Source: Clostridium saccharobutylicum DSM 13864
Lineage (GTDB): Bacteria > Bacillota > Clostridia > Clostridiales > Clostridiaceae
DNA length: 24,000 nucleotides
Direction of reading: 5' to 3'
Assembly (NCBI RefSeq): GCF_000473995.1
Contig: NC_022571.1
Location: forward strand, 2,301,416 to 2,325,415
The notes beneath the pieces were generated by a model. It was not told the DNA's origin, searched no databases, and saw nothing but the letters and a program-made list of their open reading frames with translations. The position numbers and the translations under genes are program-made. Below are positions 7,562 to 15,006 of the stretch, piece after piece; position 1 is the first letter of the stretch, and every line of letters begins with the position of its first letter.

Positions 7562-9799
7562 ATGAGCTATACGTTTGAAAGTACAGATTTAGAAATATTA
7601 AATTTATTTATAGAAGAAGCTGTAGAGTCTTCAAATCAAGTTGAAAAAGAAATATTAAAACTTGAAACAAATGCAGAGAAGGATGAGTTGATTAATGATG
7701 TTTTTAGAGCTATTCACAGTATAAAAGGCGGCTCATCATTTTTAGGTCTTGTAGGAATTACAAAATTAAGTCATAGGATGGAGACTGCATTAGATTATTT
7801 AAGGAAAAAAAAGATAGAGATAAGTACTGAATTTGTGGATTGTTTTATAGAAGGATTAGATTTGCTAAGCAGTTTTATATATGATATCCAAGATAAAGTT
7901 AATATTATAAATTCTGAAGGAATAGAAGGAAAATTTGAAATAGAATTAAAAAACGAAGATAAAATTGCAGAGATTCTTGTTAAAGTTGAGAATATCTTAG
8001 ATAATGAACAAGAAAAAGTCAAAGAAGAAGTAAAAGATGATAAAAGCGAAGAGGCGTTCTTTTTTGAAATTGATCCTAAAGATTTAGATGAATTTAAAGA
8101 ACAATTTATAACAGAAGCTTTAGAACATATAGAAAAAGTAGAGAATGACTACTTGGTTAAGCTAGATAAAAACGAAAATGATGCAATCACAATAAATGAT
8201 CTTTTTAGAAGTATTCATAGTATAAAAGGTATTACTGGTGTATTGTTAGGAATACTAAAAGAAGATAATAATTGTTTTGCTTGTGTTAAGGGTATATCGT
8301 TAGTGTCTCATTCTTTTGAGACTTTATTGTCAATTTTTAGAGATAAAAATTTTAGTTTCAAAAGGGAAGATATTAATTTAAGTTATGAAATTATAGATTA
8401 TATAAAATTATGTGTAAGTGTAATCAGCGGAGTTAGCGAAGTTTATATACCTGCGCAGATAATTCTTGATAAAATTAATAAACAAATTGAAAATTTATCA
8501 AAGGATTTAAAGGAACATTCAGAACAGGAAAATAAAAAAATAAAAAATGAAAGTAATTCTAATACTAATGATGAAGTGATAAAAGAAGCACTAAAAAAAG
8601 AAACTCAGTTGCAAAGCATACGTGTTAATCAAGAAAAGCTAGATAAAATGATGAATACTATTGCTGAACTTATGGTAACAAAGAATGCTTTTATGCATGT
8701 TTCTAGGAGATTAAATTTAGAATATAATATTCCGGATCTTGCAAAGGAAGTAAAGGAAATTGGCGCATCTGTAAATAGAATTTCAGATGAATTGCAAAAT
8801 TCTATGATGTCTATGCGAATGATAGAAGTAAAAACAGTATTTCAAAAAATGCCAAGAATTATAAGGGATGTATCTCAAGTTACTAATAAAAAGGTCAATT
8901 TAATTATTGAGGGAGAAAGTACTGAAATAGATAAAACCATAGTGGAACGGATTAGTGATCCGTTGGTACATATAATTAGAAATGCAGTAGATCATGGTAT
9001 TGAAGACCCTAAAATTAGAGCTGAAAAAGGCAAAAATGAAATAGGTACAATATATTTACGTGCTTATAATAAGAACAAGAATGTATATATTGAGGTTCAG
9101 GATGACGGAAAAGGTATTGATAGTGAAGAAATAACAAAAAAAGTTATAGATAAAGGTTTTATAGAACCCAGTGTATTAAATAATATGAATAAGAAACAGA
9201 TATTAAATTTAATCTTTCTACCTGGTTTTAGTACAGCTAAGAAGATAACCGAAGTATCAGGCCGAGGTGTAGGCATGGATATAGTTAAAAGCAATATAAC
9301 AAAAATAAATGGAATTGTTAATATTGATAGTGAGGTTAATGAAGGTACAAAGATGACAATTCAATTACCTCTTACTTTAGCTGTATCAAGAGGTTTACTA
9401 ATACAAAGTGTTGCAGAAAATTATATTATACCAATAGATAATATAATTGAGACTGTAAAAATTCATAAAGATAATATTTATGAATTTAATAATAAACATT
9501 TTGCTCACATGAGAGGAGAAATAATAGGAATAGAATGGTTAAGCAAACTTCTATTAATAGGTGGACTTAAAAATAACATTGAAGAAGTAGAAGAGTTAAG
9601 CATAATTTTAATTACTAACGGAATTGAGAAGTTAGGATTGGTAGTGGACAAGTTATTAAATGAACAAGAATTTGTAATTAAAGCATTAAGTGATTGCCTT
9701 GGAGAGATACCGGGAATATCTGGTTCCACTTTACTTGGAGATGGAAAGGTAGTCTTGATATTGAACTCTGGAGATATAATAAAAATGGCAAGAAAATAG
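7562..9799 (+). CDS. cheA: CheA histidine kinase with two N-terminal HPt (P1) domains
   Basis: HPt signatures FRAIHSIKGGSSFLG (His52, CAC 7715-7717) and FRSIHSIKGITGVL (His219, CAT 8216-8218). A dimerisation-like segment follows (QSIRVNQEKLDKMMNTIAELMV), then an ATPase core (DPLVHIIRNAVDHGIE, VQDDGKGID, GRGVGMDIV) and a C-terminal CheW-like P5 (LLIQSVAENYIIPIDNI...GDGKVVLILN). Confidence 0.93.
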   Translation: MSYTFESTDLEILNLFIEEAVESSNQVEKEILKLETNAEKDELINDVFRAIHSIKGGSSFLGLVGITKLSHRMETALDYLRKKKIEISTEFVDCFIEGLDLLSSFIYDIQDKVNIINSEGIEGKFEIELKNEDKIAEILVKVENILDNEQEKVKEEVKDDKSEEAFFFEIDPKDLDEFKEQFITEALEHIEKVENDYLVKLDKNENDAITINDLFRSIHSIKGITGVLLGILKEDNNCFACVKGISLVSHSFETLLSIFRDKNFSFKREDINLSYEIIDYIKLCVSVISGVSEVYIPAQIILDKINKQIENLSKDLKEHSEQENKKIKNESNSNTNDEVIKEALKKETQLQSIRVNQEKLDKMMNTIAELMVTKNAFMHVSRRLNLEYNIPDLAKEVKEIGASVNRISDELQNSMMSMRMIEVKTVFQKMPRIIRDVSQVTNKKVNLIIEGESTEIDKTIVERISDPLVHIIRNAVDHGIEDPKIRAEKGKNEIGTIYLRAYNKNKNVYIEVQDDGKGIDSEEITKKVIDKGFIEPSVLNNMNKKQILNLIFLPGFSTAKKITEVSGRGVGMDIVKSNITKINGIVNIDSEVNEGTKMTIQLPLTLAVSRGLLIQSVAENYIIPIDNIIETVKIHKDNIYEFNNKHFAHMRGEIIGIEWLSKLLLIGGLKNNIEEVEELSIILITNGIEKLGLVVDKLLNEQEFVIKALSDCLGEIPGISGSTLLGDGKVVLILNSGDIIKMARK

Positions 9800-9817
9800 A
9801 AAGTAGAGGGTTTATAT

Positions 9818-10189
9818 ATGGATAATAAATGTAAAATTTTGATAGTAGATGATTCGCCAATGATTCATGCTTTAATAAAAAGGGCTCTAGAAAATGATGA
9901 ATTTACAATTTGTGGTTCTGGTAAAAACGGCAAGGATGGAGTAGAAAAATACAAAGAATTATCACCTGATATTGTAACAATGGATATAACGATGCCAGTT
10001 ATGGATGGTTTAGAAGCTTCAAAAGAGATAATGAGCATAAATCCAAAAGCAAAGATTGTTATGCTGAGCGCAATGGGAGATGAAGAAATAATTGAGACTG
10101 CTAACCAAATAGGCATAAATTATATAATAAAAAAACCTTTTAACAAAGAAGAACTTCTCGATGTATTAAAAAAAGTACTTGAAGACTAA
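9818..10189 (+). CDS. cheY: CheY response regulator
   Basis: KILIVDDSPMI, PDIVTMDITMPVMDGLEA, IVMLSAMG and IIKKPF. GTAGAGGG RBS upstream. Confidence 0.88.
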   Translation: MDNKCKILIVDDSPMIHALIKRALENDEFTICGSGKNGKDGVEKYKELSPDIVTMDITMPVMDGLEASKEIMSINPKAKIVMLSAMGDEEIIETANQIGINYIIKKPFNKEELLDVLKKVLED

Positions 10190-10226
10190 ATAACTAGATA
10201 AATTTATTTATTATAAGGAGATATTT

Positions 10227-10712
10227 ATGAATACAAGTTTCGTGACAGCATTTACTGATAATATTATTACAACATTTATAAAAATGGCAGATATAAAATT
10301 AACTTCAGATGGTGAAGCGTATAAAGATAATAGTGATATAACTTCATTTGGTATTACGTCTATTATATCTTTTGCAGGAAAAGGCAAGGGTAGATTACTA
10401 TTAGATATAGAAACTAATTTAGCTATGAAAATAGCCAAAAACATAATGGGGGAAGATTATGATAATCCAAGGGATGATATGCTGCTTGCTACAATAGGAG
10501 AATTAAATAACACTATAACAGGTGCAGCTATTACAGATATTAATAATTCTTTTTCAGTAAGTTTAAGACTTTCTCCACCAATAGTATTTACAGGAAAGGA
10601 TGTAGTTATCGCCATACCTAAAATAAACTCTATATCTAGAATTTATACAACTGAGTATGGAAATTTAAAAATGAATATAGCTTTTGAAGGAGGTAGTTTT
10701 GATGGATGTTAA
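10227..10712 (+). CDS. CheX/CheC-family CheY-P phosphatase-like protein (copy 1)
   Basis: About 160 aa with a single CheC-family active-site-like motif, IGELNNTITGAA...LSPPIVF (E-x2-N ... P). AAGGAG RBS lies 7 nt upstream. The size fits CheX rather than two-site CheC. Confidence 0.7.
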   Translation: MNTSFVTAFTDNIITTFIKMADIKLTSDGEAYKDNSDITSFGITSIISFAGKGKGRLLLDIETNLAMKIAKNIMGEDYDNPRDDMLLATIGELNNTITGAAITDINNSFSVSLRLSPPIVFTGKDVVIAIPKINSISRIYTTEYGNLKMNIAFEGGSFDGC

Positions 10713-11163
10713 ATGTATAAATCCATTTCTAGATTCTGTAAAGAGTGTTTTAGAACAGCTGGGAATTACTGATATAAAGATGTCTGGTTTAAACAAAAAA
10801 GAAAAGATGTTTGTTGACTTAGAAATAACATCTATGATAGGTATTGTTGGAGATATAAGAGGAAATATATCATATTCAATGTCAGAGGAGAGCGCTAAAA
10901 AGGTTATTTCTATAATGATGATGGGAATGAGTATTGACAAGATAGATGAAGTTGGTAGAAGTGCAATAGGGGAGCTTACTAATATGATAACAGGTAATGC
11001 ATCTACACTCCTTTATAGCAATGGGTATTTAACTGATATTACACCACCATCAACTATTTTGGGAAAGGATATGTATTTCATTATTAGTACTGTAGAAACA
11101 ATAACTATAGAAATTGATACTTCTATAGGAAGAATAGAAGTAAACATAGGATTAGAAGTATAA
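10702..11163 (+). CDS. CheX/CheC-family CheY-P phosphatase-like protein (copy 2)
   Basis: MDVKCINPFLDSV... with IGELTNMITGNAS...ITPPSTILG. The ATG at 10702 is preferred over the TTG at 10684 because GAAGGAGG (10687-10694) lies about 8 nt upstream. It overlaps the copy 1 stop by 11 nt. Confidence 0.7.
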   Translation: MDVKCINPFLDSVKSVLEQLGITDIKMSGLNKKEKMFVDLEITSMIGIVGDIRGNISYSMSEESAKKVISIMMMGMSIDKIDEVGRSAIGELTNMITGNASTLLYSNGYLTDITPPSTILGKDMYFIISTVETITIEIDTSIGRIEVNIGLEV

Positions 11164-11262
11164 AAACAAAAGCAAAATATATAAATAATTTAATTAGAGA
11201 ATCAGATGTGATCTACTAGAAATTACATAATAAATTAAAATGATTTGGAAGGACGGAAAATA

Positions 11263-12123
11263 ATGAGCAATACTAATGAGAACGCTAAAATTATTAAAAA
11301 CAGAGAAACAATTTTAGAAAAATGGTTACTTGAATTAAACTCACACAAACTTATAGGTAGTGGAGTTTTTCAAGAAAGAGAAGTAGAAGAAATGGGAAGA
11401 AAAATTTTCAATGCTTTTCTGACTATGCTTAAGTTAAATGATGAAATAAATTGGGGGAGTAATGATCTTGTAGAAATAGGCCAGATAGTTGCAGAATTTT
11501 CTAAAAAGATGGCTACAAGAGGGCAGACTCCAACTGTAGCAACTAATTTTATTTATTCTTTAAAGAGTATTGTATTTGAATCTCTTCAAGATTATTATAG
11601 TGATTCTCAAGAACTATTAAATAAGGAAATTATTAGAATATCGGATGTTTTGGATAAAATTGGTTTACGTTCTTTTGATTATTTTGTACAAGAAAGAGAA
11701 GAAATTATTAAAGTGCAACAAGAAGATATGATGGAATTATCTACACCAGTAATAAAAATATGGGATGGGATATTAGCAGTGCCACTTATAGGGACACTAG
11801 ATAGTAAGAGGACCCAGTTGATAATGGAAAAATTGCTAGAAATGATAGTTAATACATCTTCAAAAGTTGCTATAGTAGATATCACAGGAGTTGGAACTGT
11901 AGATACTTTAGTTGCAAATCATCTAATAAAAACGGCGACAGCTACAAAGCTTATTGGTGCCGAGATAATAATTACAGGAATTAGTCCTGTAATAGCTCAA
12001 ACTATAGTTCATTTGGGTGTTGACTTATCAGGAATGATAACAAGGGCAATTATGGAGGATGGAATAAAATTAGCAATGGAAATGTGTAGTTACAAAGTAG
12101 TTAAAGCAATAAATAATATTTAA
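11263..12123 (+). CDS. rsbR: RsbR-type stressosome sensor/scaffold protein (N-terminal RsbR-type helical domain plus C-terminal STAS)
   Basis: The C-terminal STAS closely follows the RsbR pattern: STPVIKIWDGILAVPLIGTLDSKRTQLIMEKLL...VAIVDITGVGTVDTLVANHLIK...GAEIIITGISPVIAQTIVHLGVDL. Thr residues are retained at the positions phosphorylated in B. subtilis RsbRA. The ATG at 11263 is preferred over the TTG at 11245 (GGAAGGA RBS). Confidence 0.85.
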   Translation: MSNTNENAKIIKNRETILEKWLLELNSHKLIGSGVFQEREVEEMGRKIFNAFLTMLKLNDEINWGSNDLVEIGQIVAEFSKKMATRGQTPTVATNFIYSLKSIVFESLQDYYSDSQELLNKEIIRISDVLDKIGLRSFDYFVQEREEIIKVQQEDMMELSTPVIKIWDGILAVPLIGTLDSKRTQLIMEKLLEMIVNTSSKVAIVDITGVGTVDTLVANHLIKTATATKLIGAEIIITGISPVIAQTIVHLGVDLSGMITRAIMEDGIKLAMEMCSYKVVKAINNI

Positions 12124-12136
12124 ATGGAGAGTAGTC

Positions 12137-12553
12137 ATGGGAAAAATTCCAATTATAAAAATAAGAAACTTTTTGATTGTATCACTTGATGGTGATTTAA
12201 CAGATAAATCAGCTATTAAGCTGCAATCTGATATACTTAATAAGGTTTATGAAAATACAGTGAAGGGCGTTTTAATAGATATATCAATTTTGGATATGGT
12301 GGATTCATATCTAGGTAAAATTATAGCTGATATGTCAGCAATGATTAAATTATTAGGAGCAGAAACAGTTCTTGTAGGCATGAAGCCCAATGTAGCTATA
12401 ACACTTGTAGAGATGGGATTTAATATAGACGGAATTGCTACTTCAATGAATGTTGAAACTGGAATAGAAATGTTAGAGAATATAATAAAATCAAATGCAA
12501 TTCAAGAAGTTTTTTTTAATGAATTGTTGAAAGTGAGAAATGATGATATGTAA
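12137..12553 (+). CDS. rsbS: RsbS-type single STAS stressosome protein
   Basis: IPIIKIRNFLIVSLDGDLTD...VLIDISILDMVDSYLGKII...GAETVLVGMKPNVAITLVEMGF. The Ser in DMVDSY aligns with the RsbS phospho-Ser position. TGGAGAG RBS upstream. The stop overlaps the rsbT start. Confidence 0.8.
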   Translation: MGKIPIIKIRNFLIVSLDGDLTDKSAIKLQSDILNKVYENTVKGVLIDISILDMVDSYLGKIIADMSAMIKLLGAETVLVGMKPNVAITLVEMGFNIDGIATSMNVETGIEMLENIIKSNAIQEVFFNELLKVRNDDM

Positions 12554-12938
12554 TGAAATTTCTATTGAGTATGAAAAGGATATAGTTGTTGCAAGGCAAA
12601 AGGCAAGAGAAGTATCCAAAATTCTAGAGTTTGGAATTGTAGATCAAACAAGAATTATTACTGCTGTTAGTGAACTGGCAAGGAATATATTTCTATATGC
12701 ACAAAAAGGAACGGTCAAATTTCAAGAAGTTTTTGAAGATAGAAAGCACGGATTGCAAATTTCTTTTATGGATGATGGGCCTGGAATTGAAGATGTAGAA
12801 TTTGCAATGCAGGGTGGATATTCTAAAGGCCGCAGTATGGGGCTTGGAATGTCTGGAAGTAAGAGATTGATGGATGAATTTTACGTAACTTCATTATTAG
12901 GGAAGGGAACAGAGATCATAATAAAGAAATGGTTGTGA
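12540..12938 (+). CDS. rsbT: RsbT-type serine kinase / switch protein
   Basis: From memory it aligns near full length with B. subtilis RsbT: DIVVARQKAREVSKILEFGIVDQTRIITAVSELARNIFLYA...DDGPGIEDV...GLGMSGSKRLMDEF...GKGTEIIIKKWL. Confidence 0.88.
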   Translation: MMICNEISIEYEKDIVVARQKAREVSKILEFGIVDQTRIITAVSELARNIFLYAQKGTVKFQEVFEDRKHGLQISFMDDGPGIEDVEFAMQGGYSKGRSMGLGMSGSKRLMDEFYVTSLLGKGTEIIIKKWL

Positions 12939-12971
12939 TATTTATTTGATTTTTGATGGTGATACATTTAT

Positions 12972-14018
12972 ATGGAAATATTTGAAATAAGTAACGATTG
13001 GGATATAGGAAAAGTTAGAAGATATATAGCAGAAAAGAGCAAAGAAACAGGATTTTCTAGTATAGAAATAGGAGAAATATCCATTGTAGTTAATGAACTT
13101 TGTTCAAATTTAATAAAGCATCATTCAGTTGAAGGTAAACTAATATTTAAAAAATTAGAAATGAACGGAAGAGTTGGAATTGAAATTATAGCTGAGGATA
13201 AAGGCCCTGGAATTCTTAATGTGGATGAGGTTATAAAAGATGGAATATCTACAAAGGGGACAATGGGTGGGGGACTTGGAGCAACTAAAAGATTAATGGA
13301 CAGCTTTGAACTTTATTCTAGAACAAGTACTAATCGAGGAAAGTATATTGGATATGGACACTTGGGGGGGAATAATAGAATTGGAACTATTGTTATAACT
13401 CAGAAATGGCTTAAAAATAGCTTATATATAGGAACAAAAGAAGTTAAGATAAGTGTAATGAGTAGACCTTATATGGGATGTAAAATAAACGGAGATGTAT
13501 ATTACATTAAAGAATTTAATAATAAAGTAATTTTTGCACTTATAGATGGTTTAGGTCATGGAATAGAGGCTAACAAAGCTGCAATTAGAGCAAAAGAATT
13601 GCTAGAGGAAAATAATTATAAGTCATTAAAGGAATTGCTTTATAGTATTGATAATGGTATGAAAAATACAAGAGGTGCCGTAATTGGTGTATGTATAATT
13701 GATAAGGAGACAAAGAGATTTCAATATGGAAGTATTGGAAATGTTCAGCTAAGGTACATCTTAAATAACAAAACTAAAAAATTTATAGCTACTAATGGTA
13801 CTTTGGGTGTTTCTCTTAATACGAGAGTCAATGTACAGCAAAGCTCATATGAAAATGGAGGAATTATAGCGATGAACACAGATGGCATATCAGATAAATG
13901 GGAGTATGATGAATATTTGGATATACCAGTACATAATCCTGCGGTGCTTTCTAACATGATATTTAGAGATTTTGCAAGAGATAATGATGATGCGACTGTT
14001 TTAGTGGCAGTTATTTAG
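12972..14018 (+). CDS. rsbX: Fusion protein: RsbT/RsbW-like GHKL kinase-type N-domain plus RsbX-like PP2C (SpoIIE-type) phosphatase
   Basis: N-terminal half: IGEISIVVNELCSNLIKH...EDKGPGILNV...GGGLGATKRLMDSFE. C-terminal half: NGDVYYIKEFNNKVIFALIDGLGHGIEANKAA...TRGAVIGVCIID...YGSIGNV...AMNTDGISD...DDATVLVAVI, collinear with B. subtilis RsbX as I remember it. Confidence 0.8.
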   Translation: MEIFEISNDWDIGKVRRYIAEKSKETGFSSIEIGEISIVVNELCSNLIKHHSVEGKLIFKKLEMNGRVGIEIIAEDKGPGILNVDEVIKDGISTKGTMGGGLGATKRLMDSFELYSRTSTNRGKYIGYGHLGGNNRIGTIVITQKWLKNSLYIGTKEVKISVMSRPYMGCKINGDVYYIKEFNNKVIFALIDGLGHGIEANKAAIRAKELLEENNYKSLKELLYSIDNGMKNTRGAVIGVCIIDKETKRFQYGSIGNVQLRYILNNKTKKFIATNGTLGVSLNTRVNVQQSSYENGGIIAMNTDGISDKWEYDEYLDIPVHNPAVLSNMIFRDFARDNDDATVLVAVI

Positions 14019-14028
14019 AGGATAATTT

Positions 14029-15000
14029 ATGAGCAAAGATAGGGAATACCTGATTAGAAGAAATATTGAATTAGAAGAACAAGTTGGAGATCTAACAAAG
14101 GAACTTATTCAAACTAATCACGAAGTACTTAATATTTTACAAGCTTTTGAGGATTTGAATAAAGATATGTTGAGTAACGATAAAGAAAAAAATGAGTTTC
14201 TGACTAAACTTAAGATTTCTAACAAAGAACAGTTAGAAAAAATTAAAATGCAGGAAAATGCTTTAATCCAGGCTGATAAGTTAGCTTCCTTAGGGCAGCT
14301 TATTGCTGGAATAGCTCATGAAATCAATAATCCAAATACGTATATAAGAGCAAATATAGAACTTTTGCAAAAATATTGGAAGCTGTTAGAAAAAAAAATA
14401 AGTGTAGATGAAGGGGATTTCTGTACATCAATTGTAAGCGATGTTCCAAACATTATGACTTCCATGTATAAAGGAACAGAGAGAATAATGGAAATAATAA
14501 GTGCACTTAAAGCTTTTTCGAAAGAAGAAAAGTTATTTTATGAAAAAATAAATATAAATCAATTTATAGAGGAAGCGTACAAATTAATTAAGGTTGAATT
14601 AACAAAAAATAAGGTAATCTTGATTAATAAAGTTAATCAAGACGGATATGAAATAAATGCATCTAAGCAGAAAATAGAACAAGTTCTAATTAACCTATTT
14701 TTAAATTCGATTAAAGCAATAAAACATAAAAAAGAAGAAAATGGTCAAATTATTATATTTGCATCAGAAGATAAGGATATTCTTAATATTTCTATAAAGG
14801 ATAATGGTTGCGGAATAAATAAAGAGCATTTAGATATGATTTTTAATCCATTTTTCACTACTCACCAAGAGGATGGTGGAACTGGACTCGGATTATCTAT
14901 AGTACACGGAATTATGAAGGAACACGGGGGAAGTATTAAGGTACAGAGCAAAATAAATGAAGGTACAGAGTTCACTCTTATATTTCCTAAGGGTAGGTGA
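14029..15000 (+). CDS. Cytoplasmic histidine kinase without a recognisable sensor domain (coiled-coil N-terminus, HisKA, HATPase)
   Basis: H-box LASLGQLIAGIAHEINNPNTYI (His97). ATPase motifs QVLINLFLNSIKA, IKDNGCGI, FNPFFTT and GGTGLGLSIVHGIMKEHGGSI. Residues 1-80 are charged and heptad-like, and no TM segment is present. Confidence 0.88.
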   Translation: MSKDREYLIRRNIELEEQVGDLTKELIQTNHEVLNILQAFEDLNKDMLSNDKEKNEFLTKLKISNKEQLEKIKMQENALIQADKLASLGQLIAGIAHEINNPNTYIRANIELLQKYWKLLEKKISVDEGDFCTSIVSDVPNIMTSMYKGTERIMEIISALKAFSKEEKLFYEKININQFIEEAYKLIKVELTKNKVILINKVNQDGYEINASKQKIEQVLINLFLNSIKAIKHKKEENGQIIIFASEDKDILNISIKDNGCGINKEHLDMIFNPFFTTHQEDGGTGLGLSIVHGIMKEHGGSIKVQSKINEGTEFTLIFPKGR

Positions 15001-15006
15001 TAAAAT

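Noticed and set aside
11263-14018. Reading the Rsb genes as a sigma-B regulatory operon
   Set aside because: No rsbU, rsbV, rsbW or sigma-factor gene occurs anywhere in the 24 kb. The downstream genes are a histidine kinase, an HPt protein and a receiver.
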